Assembly: GCA_019751125.1 (NCBI GenBank)
Contig: JAIENU010000022.1
Location: 7,524 to 71,523 of the forward strand
DNA from: Burkholderiales bacterium
GTDB taxonomy: Bacteria > Pseudomonadota > Gammaproteobacteria > Burkholderiales > SG8-41
Direction: 5' to 3'
Length of the DNA: 64,000 nucleotides
Positions 44,106 through 53,820 of the stretch are shown here, piece after piece. Position 1 is the stretch's first letter; the number at the start of each line of letters is the position of its first letter. The notes under the pieces were generated by a model, which was not told the origin of the DNA, ran no database searches, and worked only from the letters and a program-made list of their open reading frames with translations. A program made the translations under genes and the position numbers.

Positions 44106-45398
44106 TTATTTTGCCTTGTCCTGCGCGATGTCCATGATCATGCGCACGGCAAGGTACATCCGCGGTTCGATCGATCCGATCAGCACATATTCGGCATCGG
44201 TGGTGTGTGCGCCAAAGCCGCGCAGGCCGAAACCTTCCAGCACCGGCGACTTCTGGCTCAGCGCGGCGAAGGCGGCATCGGTGCCGCCGCCGGTGGGACG
44301 GTCGCGCACGATCAGCTTCTGGCCGAGCTCGGTGTAGATTTTCGCGGCATGCGCGCCGAGTGCACGCGAGGCCTCGGTGGCCTGCAGCGGCGGCCGCCGG
44401 CGCTCGAATTCCAGCGTGACCTCGGATTCGGGCAGCAGCTTGTTCTTGATGCGCTCGCGCAGCGTATTCTCGATGCCGTCGAGGTCGGCAACAATATCCA
44501 CGCGGATATCGGCCTGGGCCTGGGCTCCGGGCGGGATCATGTTGCGCACCACGCCGGCACGCGCCAGCGTCCAGTTGACCTGGGTGCCGACTTCCGGCTT
44601 CGACAGGTCGCGCGCCTGCATCACCTGGTGCGCCAGCTCGTACAGCGCGTTGACGCCGCGCTCCGGCGCCGATCCCGCATGGGAACCGCGCCCGCGTACA
44701 TTGATCGTCGCCGCACCGATGCCGCTGGTGGCGAGCCGGATCTGGTCCGCCGTCGGTCCGCCGCCGCCCTCGAAGGACAGCACTGCATCGTGCTCGGCAC
44801 CCATTTTGGTGATCAGGTGGCGCGAACCCGGCGAGCTGATTTCCTCGTCGCCATTGATCAGCACGGTCAGCGTGCCGTAGTCGCGGAAATTCATCGCATT
44901 GAGCACGCGAATCGCATGCAGGATCATCGCCACGCCCTGCTTGTCATCGGCGATGCCGAGACCGTAGGCGCGCTCACCATCCACCTTGAACGGCTGCTGC
45001 GCCAGCATGCCGCGCGGATACACCGTATCCATATGCGCCAGCAGCAGGATCTTGCGCGTGCCCTTGCCGGTGAATATCGCACGCACCGTCTTGCCGGGTT
45101 TGTCCGGCGTGTCGAACATCTTGTAGATGTCGGCGCCTGCCTCGATGTATTCGACCTTGCCGCCCAGCGCCTGCAGCCGCTGTCCGATCAGCGCCGCGAT
45201 GCGGTCAAGGCCCTCGCGGTCGGCACTGCCCGATTCGATCTCGACCAACGCCTTCATGGTGTCGAGCATCGGCGCCTTTTCCTTCGCCACCAGCGCCTGC
45301 ACCTCCGGCATCGGCTGTGCCGGGGCCATCGCCGCCATCCCCAGTCCCGCCAACACCAGCAAGATCCTGCACAACCGGCTCATGCTTTGACTCATCAT
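44106..45398 (-). CDS. M20 family peptidase, glutamate carboxypeptidase (CPG2)-like, exported
   Basis: AHMDTV, GIADDKQG, GDEEISS, GGGTDA, GAH. Confidence 0.88.
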   Translation of the reverse strand: MMSQSMSRLCRILLVLAGLGMAAMAPAQPMPEVQALVAKEKAPMLDTMKALVEIESGSADREGLDRIAALIGQRLQALGGKVEYIEAGADIYKMFDTPDKPGKTVRAIFTGKGTRKILLLAHMDTVYPRGMLAQQPFKVDGERAYGLGIADDKQGVAMILHAIRVLNAMNFRDYGTLTVLINGDEEISSPGSRHLITKMGAEHDAVLSFEGGGGPTADQIRLATSGIGAATINVRGRGSHAGSAPERGVNALYELAHQVMQARDLSKPEVGTQVNWTLARAGVVRNMIPPGAQAQADIRVDIVADLDGIENTLRERIKNKLLPESEVTLEFERRRPPLQATEASRALGAHAAKIYTELGQKLIVRDRPTGGGTDAAFAALSQKSPVLEGFGLRGFGAHTTDAEYVLIGSIEPRMYLAVRMIMDIAQDKAK

Positions 45399-45419
45399 CA
45401 CTCCCCTCTAACCGCTCTG

Positions 45420-45445
45420 ATTTTTATCAAAAAAACAATGATTTA
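45420..45445 (+). repeat. Dispersed AT-rich IHF-like element, copy 9
   Basis: ATTTTTATCAAAAAAACAATGATTTA in the kinase-peptidase gap. Confidence 0.75.
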
Positions 45446-45455
45446 TGCCAACCAC

Positions 45456-47957
45456 TCAAACACCGGCCACCGGCAACTCAAACCAGAATGTCGAACCTTC
45501 GCCCTCAATCGAGTCGAAACCGATGCTGCCGTTCATATGCTCGATCAGCGCCTTGCTGATGGCAAGCCCCAGTCCGGTGCCACCCTTGCGCCGGGTATTC
45601 GTATTGTCGGCACGCTCAAAGCGCTGGAAGATGCTGCCGCGGAAATTCTCAGGTATGCCCGGCCCGTGGTCACGCACCGAAACCCGCACCTTGCCCTCAC
45701 CCAGCACCAGGCTGACTTCGACATCCGAACCGGCAGGTGAAAACTTCGCACCATTTGAAATCAGGTTGGTCAGCACCTGCATCAGCCGGTCGGCATCGAC
45801 CGCGACATTGCAGTCCGCCCCCGGCAGCAGCTTCAGCGTCACATTGTGCATGCCGGCATAGGGCTGGTTGATGCGCACCGCCTTGTCGAGGATCGCGCGC
45901 AGTGGCATCGGACGCAGGTCGACGGTCATCTGGCCCGAGCTGATCTTCTCGATGTCGAGCACGTCGTTGATCAGCGCTGCAAGGCGTTCGCTGTTCTGCA
46001 TCGCCATGTCGAGGAAGCCGGCGGTTTCGGCATCGATGTCGGTGGCGGTCTCGCGCACCAGGCCCAGCGCGCCGATGATCGCGGTCAGCGGTGTGCGCAG
46101 TTCGTGGCTGACGGTGGCGATGAACTCGTTTTTCAGGCGTTCGACCTCCTTGCCTTCGGTGATGTCGGCATTGGTGCCGACCAGGCGCAGCCCGCGGCCC
46201 GCGGCATCCCGCTCGGTGACCTTGGCGCGGCTGAGCATCCAGCGCCACTCGCCCTTCGGCGTGCGCACCCGGTGCTGCACCTCGTAAAACCGCAACTCGC
46301 CTTTCAGCACCTGGGTCAGCACGCGCAGCAGCCTGGGCAGATCATCGGGATGCACCATCGCCTGCAGTGCTTCGACGCTGATCACGGTCTCGGCTTTTTT
46401 GCCGCCCATCATCAACTGCCATTGTTCGGACAGGCGCACCTCACCCGAGCGGATATCCCAGTCAAACAGTGCGAGGTTGGAACCCTCCAGCGCCAGCTCC
46501 AGCCGTTCGCGGCTTTTCAGGATGGCATCGGTGTACTGGCGGCGTTCGGTGACATCCTCGACCAGGCCGACATAACCGGCAAAACGCCCCTCGTCGAGGA
46601 TCTTTGCCGCCTTGATCACGATCCACGCCTCGGGCCTGCCCGCCGGCACGATGCGGCAGGTCACGCTGAATTCCTCCTTCAGGTTCGACAGCGCAGAAGC
46701 CCAGGCGAGGATGATTTCATTGCGCTCGTCCGGATGGATCAGCTGCTGCCAGCCTTCGCCGAGCAGTTCAGCCGCCGGCAGGCCGCCCAGCGCCTCGAGC
46801 CGCGGATTGACGTAGGTCCAGTGGCCGGCATCATCCCCCCTGAAAATGCCCAGCGGCGATGCATCACTCATCGCCTGCCATTCCGCTTCGCGTCGGCGTA
46901 CCGCCTGGGTCATCCTGCCGGCCAGCGACACGGCGCGGCTGCGGGTATTCCACAACGACCACAACATCGCAAACAGCAGCATGTGCATCGCCACGCCGCC
47001 CAGCAGCACGATGCGCGGCGTGATGTCGTCTACCCCCTCCTCGAAGGCGCTAGTCGATTCCATCTGCAACACCCAGACCTGGCCCAGCACATTCAGGTTG
47101 GCCGCCCACTGGAAGCGCCCCTTGTGCAGCGGATCGACGTTGTCGAACAGCAGATTATCGGCGGCGGCCCGCCCGTCATACAGGCGCATCGCGACCTCGC
47201 TCTGGTCGCCGATGAGCTTGCGCATCAGGTCGCGGCTGCGGAAATGCGCGAACACGAATCCGGTCACCGCGCTGCGGCGCTGCTCGGCGGTTTCCGGCGA
47301 TTTGGTCTGGTGAAAAATCGGCATGTACATCACCACCCCGGGCTGCACATCACCGTCGGTCTCCTGCACCAGACGCACCTTGCGCGTGATCGCCGGCTGG
47401 CCGGTCAACATTGCACGCTCCTGCGCGTCGCTGCGTATGTCATCCGAAGCCGCATCAAAACCGAAGGCGCGCAGGTTACGCCCCGAAAACGGCTCGATAT
47501 AGGCGTTGGGCACATGATAGTCACGCACACCCGGCGGGGTGATCTGGTATCCGGGAAAACCCTCGGTGCGGATGCGGCGTACAAAAGATTCCACCTCGCT
47601 CTGGCGCAGCCGCGGCGCATAACCGATGGCCTGAATGCCGGGATAGTAATTCTCGAGCTTCAGGCTCTCGTAATAGGCGCGCCACTCGTTGCGGTCTACC
47701 GCCTCCGATGCGGCAAACAACCCGCTGGCGCCACGCAGCACCTGCTCGTAATCGAGCAGGCGACCGGCGATGGCGTCACGGATGCGCGAGGCGCGGGCCT
47801 CGAAGCTGGCATTGGCCTTGGCCTCGACCGCGTCGAGCTGCACCTGCCAGGCCTGCAGCACCACAACTGCCGGCAGCACGATCGCCACCAGCAGTGCCAG
47901 CAGGTTGTAAATCGTGTCACGCAGCGCTGCAAGACGGCGGGTCATGGCCTTGATCAT
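45456..47957 (-). CDS. CHASE-PAS-PAS sensor histidine kinase
   Basis: YPGIQAIGY..GRNLRAFGFD..LVQE CHASE; two PAS/PAC; VSHELRTPL, NGAKF, GTGLGL; ATGA overlap with GT2. Confidence 0.92.
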   Translation of the reverse strand: MIKAMTRRLAALRDTIYNLLALLVAIVLPAVVVLQAWQVQLDAVEAKANASFEARASRIRDAIAGRLLDYEQVLRGASGLFAASEAVDRNEWRAYYESLKLENYYPGIQAIGYAPRLRQSEVESFVRRIRTEGFPGYQITPPGVRDYHVPNAYIEPFSGRNLRAFGFDAASDDIRSDAQERAMLTGQPAITRKVRLVQETDGDVQPGVVMYMPIFHQTKSPETAEQRRSAVTGFVFAHFRSRDLMRKLIGDQSEVAMRLYDGRAAADNLLFDNVDPLHKGRFQWAANLNVLGQVWVLQMESTSAFEEGVDDITPRIVLLGGVAMHMLLFAMLWSLWNTRSRAVSLAGRMTQAVRRREAEWQAMSDASPLGIFRGDDAGHWTYVNPRLEALGGLPAAELLGEGWQQLIHPDERNEIILAWASALSNLKEEFSVTCRIVPAGRPEAWIVIKAAKILDEGRFAGYVGLVEDVTERRQYTDAILKSRERLELALEGSNLALFDWDIRSGEVRLSEQWQLMMGGKKAETVISVEALQAMVHPDDLPRLLRVLTQVLKGELRFYEVQHRVRTPKGEWRWMLSRAKVTERDAAGRGLRLVGTNADITEGKEVERLKNEFIATVSHELRTPLTAIIGALGLVRETATDIDAETAGFLDMAMQNSERLAALINDVLDIEKISSGQMTVDLRPMPLRAILDKAVRINQPYAGMHNVTLKLLPGADCNVAVDADRLMQVLTNLISNGAKFSPAGSDVEVSLVLGEGKVRVSVRDHGPGIPENFRGSIFQRFERADNTNTRRKGGTGLGLAISKALIEHMNGSIGFDSIEGEGSTFWFELPVAGV

Positions 47958-49390
47958 GGATTGCCTCCGCCGGTCTGCCAGCTGGCCTTGCGCGTCATCT
48001 CGCCCCAGCGTGCCTTGGAACCTGTCATCCACAACAGCAGCCCCCACAGCCGCCACAGCGAATTGAGCTGACGGTAGCCGAAGTTCTCCAGGATCACCAC
48101 CACCAGCAACACCGCAATCTGCCCGGGCTTGGGATAAATATGAAAGGAAATTTCCTCCAGCAGCAGCGAGCTCACCGACAGCACCAGCCCGAAGCCGAAG
48201 GCGACCAGGATAAACGTCCAGAACGCCTCCCCCGAGACCATGCCGAGCAGCCAGGCACTGATCATGAAGGCGTAACCGGCAACCTCGATCAGCGGCCCCA
48301 GCCACTCGAATATCGCCATGAACGGGAACGCCAGCCACCCGGCGGCGCCGCCGCGCGGATGGAACAGCAGCCCGAGATTCATCGTCAGGCTCTCGGACAG
48401 GCCGCGCTGCCAGCGCACGCGCTGGTTCTTCAGCACCCGCAGCGACTCCGGCGCCTCGGTCCAGCAGATCGGATCGGGCACAAAAACGATGCGGTATGGC
48501 GTGCCGCGGGCGCGGAACAGCCGGTGCAGGCGCACCACCAGCTCCATGTCCTCGCCCACCGTGTCGTGGCGGTAACCGCCGGCCTCGACCACCACTTCCT
48601 TGCGGAAAATGCCGAAGGCACCGGAAATGATCAGCACCGCGTTCAGCGGCGACCAGCCGAGCCGGCCGAACAGGAAGGCGCGCAGGTATTCAACAATCTG
48701 CAGCAACGCCAGCGGATTGCGCGGCAGCCCGACAGAGGTCAGGAACCCGCTGTCGACGGTGCAGCCGTTGGCAATCCTCACCGTGCCGCCGGAGGCGATG
48801 GTGCGCGGATCCTCTAGGAAGGGTTCGATCACCCGGCGCAGGCTGTCGCGCTCGAGTACCGAATCGGCATCAACGCCGCAGAACAGCGGGTAACGCGCGG
48901 CATTGATGCCTGCATTCAGCGCATCGGCCTTGCCGCCGTTTTCCTTGTCGATCACGCGCAGCGTCGGGTAGGTCGCCGAACGGTAGATGCCGCGCACGGT
49001 TTTGGTCCTCAGGCGCTGCCACGAGGCTTCGGGAAAGGGCAGCAGCGAGAACTCGCGCTGCAGCGCGGCCATGGTGCCGTCCTTCGATCCGTCGTTGATC
49101 ACCACCACCTCGTACTCGGGGTAGTTCAGCTGCAGCATCGAGCGCACCGAACCGGCGATGGTCGCCTCCTCGTTGTACGCCGGCACCAGCACCGACACCG
49201 GCGGCTCGAAGCCGGACACGCTGCGCGGCAGGTCATCAAGGCTGTGCATCTCCACATAACGCTTCAGGCTGCCCAGCGACAGCAGGTTGAGCAGCATGTA
49301 ACCGGAATTGATGCCGATGAAATAGAGCAGGAAAAACCACTGGGCAAAGCTCACCCAGTCCCATTGCGGCCAGCCGTCGAAAAAGCTCAT
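47954..49390 (-). CDS. Processive GT2 glycosyltransferase (PgaC/IcaA-like)
   Basis: PAYNEE, NDGS.D, GGKADALN, DADS, GED, QRVRW; flanking TM helices. Confidence 0.92.
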   Translation of the reverse strand: MSFFDGWPQWDWVSFAQWFFLLYFIGINSGYMLLNLLSLGSLKRYVEMHSLDDLPRSVSGFEPPVSVLVPAYNEEATIAGSVRSMLQLNYPEYEVVVINDGSKDGTMAALQREFSLLPFPEASWQRLRTKTVRGIYRSATYPTLRVIDKENGGKADALNAGINAARYPLFCGVDADSVLERDSLRRVIEPFLEDPRTIASGGTVRIANGCTVDSGFLTSVGLPRNPLALLQIVEYLRAFLFGRLGWSPLNAVLIISGAFGIFRKEVVVEAGGYRHDTVGEDMELVVRLHRLFRARGTPYRIVFVPDPICWTEAPESLRVLKNQRVRWQRGLSESLTMNLGLLFHPRGGAAGWLAFPFMAIFEWLGPLIEVAGYAFMISAWLLGMVSGEAFWTFILVAFGFGLVLSVSSLLLEEISFHIYPKPGQIAVLLVVVILENFGYRQLNSLWRLWGLLLWMTGSKARWGEMTRKASWQTGGGNP

Positions 49391-50538
49391 GCCCTCGCCT
49401 CCGCAATTGCCTCGCCGAGCATGTCGGCGGCGAAACGGTCGCTCAGCGTGCCGCGCACCTTGTCCAGATCCTCGAGCCGCGCGCCGGGCAGCGTGATCAG
49501 CGCGCGGGCAGCGTGGTAACGCACCCACCAGTGGGTATCGCAAAGCAGGTCCATCAGCAGCACGCGGTCCGCCGGCTCGCCGATGCGGCCGAGCACACGC
49601 AGCGCCGCGAGCCGCACAAACCACTCGCCGTGGCGGGCCAGCGCGCGCACGATGTCGAGGTCACGCGGATCCTGGGTCAGGCGCAGCGCGGCAGCGATCA
49701 CCTCCGGCTCGTCCGACTCCCGGGCGATGCGCCCGGCGAGCGGCGCAACACGCTCGGTGTGCGCGACCTCCATCATCTGCAGCAGCCGCACCACTTCGCG
49801 TTTGCCGCCCTCGACCCGTGATGCCGCCTCGGTGGCGGCGATCAACGGCTGGGTGCAGCGGTCGGGGCCGGCTTCGCGCAGCATTGCCACCACCCGCGCC
49901 AGCGGCCAGTCCTCGCGTGAGGCCATCACCGTCACCAGCCAGGCCAGTGTTGCCGCGGCATCGATGTCGAGCAGCGCGCGGGCCGCCGCCAGCGACAGCA
50001 TCGGCGAGCGGTCGGACACCAGCGCGCGCAGCTCATGCCACTGCGTGCGGTCACCGAGATGGCCCAGTGTCACCACGCCGATCAGGCGCTGGCGCAGATC
50101 GCCGGACCGCATCAGGTCACGCGCAACCTCTTCGAGGTGCATGCGCTCAGCCAGTGTTTCCAGGTTGCGCCTGGCGGCGCCGACCAGCGATTCGTGGTGG
50201 TAGTTCCAGTGCTTCAGGAAGTGATATCGCATCTCGCGCGGCACCTCGGGCAGACGCTCGGGCACGCCGAACACGCATTCGGCGAGCAGCGGTTTCCAGC
50301 GCGCCTCATGAAAACGCTCGCGGCGCTGCCGTGCCAGCAGGCGCATGCGCAGCGCAAACACCGAGAGCAGCATCAGGAAGGAACAGGCAATGATGATCAA
50401 CCCGGTCTGGAACACCAGGGCCAGCAGCGGATCCTGGGGCAGCCAGCCGGCGGCTGCGGCAGATTCAGGAATCCGTGAAAGATTGAAGTCCAGACGCAGC
50501 AAAGCCGAAGGTAAACCCAAAGGAAAACCCGGAGTCAA
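49387..50538 (-). CDS. Membrane-anchored HEAT-repeat protein
   Basis: N-terminal TM helix; repeats such as WFVRLAALRVLGRIG and WWVRYHAARAL; start uncertain. Confidence 0.82.
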   Translation of the reverse strand: MTPGFPLGLPSALLRLDFNLSRIPESAAAAGWLPQDPLLALVFQTGLIIIACSFLMLLSVFALRMRLLARQRRERFHEARWKPLLAECVFGVPERLPEVPREMRYHFLKHWNYHHESLVGAARRNLETLAERMHLEEVARDLMRSGDLRQRLIGVVTLGHLGDRTQWHELRALVSDRSPMLSLAAARALLDIDAAATLAWLVTVMASREDWPLARVVAMLREAGPDRCTQPLIAATEAASRVEGGKREVVRLLQMMEVAHTERVAPLAGRIARESDEPEVIAAALRLTQDPRDLDIVRALARHGEWFVRLAALRVLGRIGEPADRVLLMDLLCDTHWWVRYHAARALITLPGARLEDLDKVRGTLSDRFAADMLGEAIAEARA

Positions 50539-50557
50539 GAGAGAATACGGCAGGAAC

Positions 50558-51379
50558 TCAGAAGCTGTGGCGGAGGCCCAGCCTCAATCCCTGCCGGCGA
50601 TAAAGACTGCCCTGCTCGTGCCGCACGCCGTCATAAGTCAGCGCCCAGGACTGGTTGAGCCAGTGCTGCCCGCCCAGCGTCCAGTTCTCGACATCAGTGC
50701 TGATCACGCCGCGCGGCGGACCTACGTTCTCGACCTCGCGGCCGTTCGAATACGACAACCCGAAGGTGCTGCGATCGGTGTAGTAATAGTTGAACTGGAA
50801 ACGGTGGGCGGAAGCCGACGACGCACCTTCAGGACGCCCCGAGTACAGTGTGTAGGCACCGCGGAAATTGCCCCAGTAACGCTCGGCCATCAACGACACC
50901 ACCTGGCTGGAGATCACGGTGTATTCGGAATGGCGCAGCCCGAGGCCGACATTCCAGCCGCCGGGCAACGTTTTCTGCACCTGTCCGTAGACCGAGTTTT
51001 TCGACAGCACGTTGTGGGTCTGGCTGATGCTGCCCTCGATCACGCCGCTCCAGGTCGCCGCAATCGGAAAATAAAGACCGGCATGCGCCTCGCTGTCGTC
51101 AAGGCCGAAGCGCCGGGTCTCGCGCAGGCCGCCATAGACGGTGAGCCGGTCGCCGAGCCCGGCACTGCCCAGCAGGTAGCTGCTGGTCCAGTCCGCATTG
51201 TTGTTGGTCAGCGACTCACGGCTGTGGCCAACCTCAAGCGCCGGGCGCGCCACGCGCGATCCTTCGGCCTGGGCCAGCAAAGGCGCCGGCGCCAGACTGC
51301 ACAGCAGGCCGCACAGCAGCGTGATCCCGCCCGCGAACGAAGCCCTGCCGGTGACCGCCATGTTGTCAGAGGTGTCCAT
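50558..51379 (-). CDS. YaiO-family outer-membrane beta-barrel
   Basis: Signal peptide, amphipathic beta-strands, ERYWGNFRGAY, C-terminal ..GLRHSF. Confidence 0.78.
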   Translation of the reverse strand: MDTSDNMAVTGRASFAGGITLLCGLLCSLAPAPLLAQAEGSRVARPALEVGHSRESLTNNNADWTSSYLLGSAGLGDRLTVYGGLRETRRFGLDDSEAHAGLYFPIAATWSGVIEGSISQTHNVLSKNSVYGQVQKTLPGGWNVGLGLRHSEYTVISSQVVSLMAERYWGNFRGAYTLYSGRPEGASSASAHRFQFNYYYTDRSTFGLSYSNGREVENVGPPRGVISTDVENWTLGGQHWLNQSWALTYDGVRHEQGSLYRRQGLRLGLRHSF

Positions 51380-51783
51380 CACGCCGCCCCCTTCACCAGC
51401 CGCTTCACCCGCGCGCGCAGTTCCTCGGGCTTGAACGGCTTGATCATGTAATCCGAAGCGCCGGCATCCAGCGCACGCACGATGTCTTTTTCCTGTGATT
51501 TCGCGGTCAGCATGATCACCGGCACCGCATTCCACTCCGGTCGGGCACGGATTTCCGAGAGCAGCAGATAACCATCGACAAAGGGCAGCATCACGTCGAG
51601 CATGACCAGCGCCGGCGGCGGCATTGTTGCAATCAGTGCCTGCGCCGCACGGCCATCATTCGCGACTTCGACCACGAAGCCCTCGCGCGACAGGATGAAG
51701 CGCAGCAGATAGGCAATCTGCTCCTCATCCTCGACGATCAGGGCCTGGCGGGTTTCAGAGGCTGCAGGGGCTGGACTGGACAT
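51379..51783 (-). CDS. Stand-alone response regulator receiver
   Basis: LIVEDE, LDVMLP, MLTA, KPF; no output domain. Confidence 0.92.
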   Translation of the reverse strand: MSSPAPAASETRQALIVEDEEQIAYLLRFILSREGFVVEVANDGRAAQALIATMPPPALVMLDVMLPFVDGYLLLSEIRARPEWNAVPVIMLTAKSQEKDIVRALDAGASDYMIKPFKPEELRARVKRLVKGAA

Positions 51784-51948
51784 GACGTCAACGCGACCGG
51801 AATGTGAACGGGAATCCGAGCAACTACAATGACTTAGATGCCGCTATGATACCCCGGGTCCGCAGCCTGCGCGCGGCACAAAATCACTGACTGCGCGCAG
51901 TATTCGACAGCGCAGTCATACACAGCCCAGCCAGCCCCGCCACCGCTG

Positions 51949-53820
51949 ATGCCCCGTCTCGCTCCCGCACGAGTGTTGATTCCCGTACTGGCCATCACCG
52001 CGGCGCTGGCCGCCTGGCTGGCCCTGCGGCCCTTGCCCGCACCGGCAGTTTTTCCCGGCCTCGGCGGTCCGGCTGAGGCAAGCACCGTCGCCAGTGCGCA
52101 GCGCGCACGCTGGCAGGATTACACCGAGGGTGGCGAGCAGGCGCTGGCGATCCTGCTCACCGACCCCGATTCCGCATGGATGGGCCTCGCCCACGGCCTG
52201 AAAACGATCGGCCTGCCCTTCATCATCACCACCGATGCACAACACGCGCTGCGTCACCGGGTGGTGATGGTCTACCCCACCATCTCCGGCCGCGTGCTCG
52301 ACCAGGCAGCCCTGCAGGCACTCGCCGTGCTGCCCCGCAACGGCGGCACGCTGATCGGCTTCAACGTCGAGGGCGGCGGCCTGGAGCCGGTGTTCGGCTT
52401 TGAAGGCCTGAGCCACGACCGCAGCCGCACCGAGCTGCGTTTCAACACCGCATTGCCGGTCAGCGCCGAATTCAGCGACCCGCATGAACGCGTGATCCCG
52501 ATCAATCCGCGCCAGCGTTCGGCCAACGACATGGGCGTCGTCGCCTACACCCAGCCGAAACTGCCCGCGCTCGCCAGCTACGACAACGGCGCTGCGGCGA
52601 TCACCCACCGCCCGGTCGGCACCGGCCATGCCTATGCCTTCGGCATCGACCTCGGGTTTTTCCTGCTCAAGGGCTACAACAACCGCGAACAGGGCGTGAC
52701 GCGGCATTACGCCAACGGGTTCGAACCCACGCTCGATGTGCTGCTGCGGCTGCTGCGCAACATCTACCGCCAGGGTGAGCCCGATGCAGTGACCCTGGCC
52801 ACGGTGCCGCGCGGACGCAAACTGAGCGTGGTGCTGACTTACGACATCGACTACACCCACTCGCTGGCCAACGCCGCGGCCTACGCCGAAGCGGCACGCA
52901 AGGCCGGTGTCAGCGGCACCCACTTTGTGCAGACCAAATACATCCGCGACTGGAACGATGACGCCTTCCTGACGCCGGCGTCAGCGCCGAACCTCCAGCG
53001 CATCGCCGGACTCGGCATGGAAATCGGCAGCCACTCGGTATCGCACTCGCGGGTGTTCAGCCAGTTCCCGCTGGGCAACGGCAAGGAACGCTACCCGGAT
53101 TACCAGCCCTTCGTCTTTGACGCCACCACCACGCGAGACGGCACCATACTCGGCGAACTGCGGGTCAGCCGCTTCCTGCTCGGCCACCTCGCCGGTGCCG
53201 GCGACCCGGTGAGTTTCCGTCCCGGCCACCTCGAATATCCGTTCAAGCTGCCGCAGGCGCTGGAAGCCACCGGCTTCCGCTACAGCTCCTCGATCACCGC
53301 CAACACCGCGCTGACCCACCTGCCGTTCCGCCTCGCCTACGACCGCGATGTCAGCGCACAAACCGGCGTCTACGAATTTCCGATCACCGTCGAAGACGAA
53401 CTCGGCGCGCGCCTGGGCGACCGCCTGCCGCAGGCACTCGAGCTGGCTGGAAAAATCGAACGTTATGGCGGGCTTTACGTGGTGCTGATCCATCCCAACA
53501 TCACCGGCCACAAGCTCGAGTTCCAGAACCGGCTGATCGCGGGCTTGAAAGACCGCGCATGGTTCGGCACCTTGCGTGAATTCGGAGGCTGGTGGGTGGC
53601 CCGTGATGCCGCCAGCCTGCGTGTCAGCAGCAGCGATCGGCAGCGCAGGCTGCAGCTGACGCTGCCGCAGGCGCTGTCAGACCTCGCACTCGAAGTGCCC
53701 GCGCAGTGGCGGCTCGACCGCGAACACGCGCCAGCCGGAATCACACAGTCTGGCAATCGCGTGCTGCTCGGCGGTGAGCGCAGCGGCCGCATCGACCTCC
53801 AATTTACTGTCGCCCCCTGA
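51949..53820 (+). CDS. Polysaccharide deacetylase (CE4-like), N-terminally anchored/exported
   Basis: TYDID, EIGSHSVSH, SFRPGHL, LIHP motifs in the C-terminal half. Confidence 0.8.
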   Translation: MPRLAPARVLIPVLAITAALAAWLALRPLPAPAVFPGLGGPAEASTVASAQRARWQDYTEGGEQALAILLTDPDSAWMGLAHGLKTIGLPFIITTDAQHALRHRVVMVYPTISGRVLDQAALQALAVLPRNGGTLIGFNVEGGGLEPVFGFEGLSHDRSRTELRFNTALPVSAEFSDPHERVIPINPRQRSANDMGVVAYTQPKLPALASYDNGAAAITHRPVGTGHAYAFGIDLGFFLLKGYNNREQGVTRHYANGFEPTLDVLLRLLRNIYRQGEPDAVTLATVPRGRKLSVVLTYDIDYTHSLANAAAYAEAARKAGVSGTHFVQTKYIRDWNDDAFLTPASAPNLQRIAGLGMEIGSHSVSHSRVFSQFPLGNGKERYPDYQPFVFDATTTRDGTILGELRVSRFLLGHLAGAGDPVSFRPGHLEYPFKLPQALEATGFRYSSSITANTALTHLPFRLAYDRDVSAQTGVYEFPITVEDELGARLGDRLPQALELAGKIERYGGLYVVLIHPNITGHKLEFQNRLIAGLKDRAWFGTLREFGGWWVARDAASLRVSSSDRQRRLQLTLPQALSDLALEVPAQWRLDREHAPAGITQSGNRVLLGGERSGRIDLQFTVAP

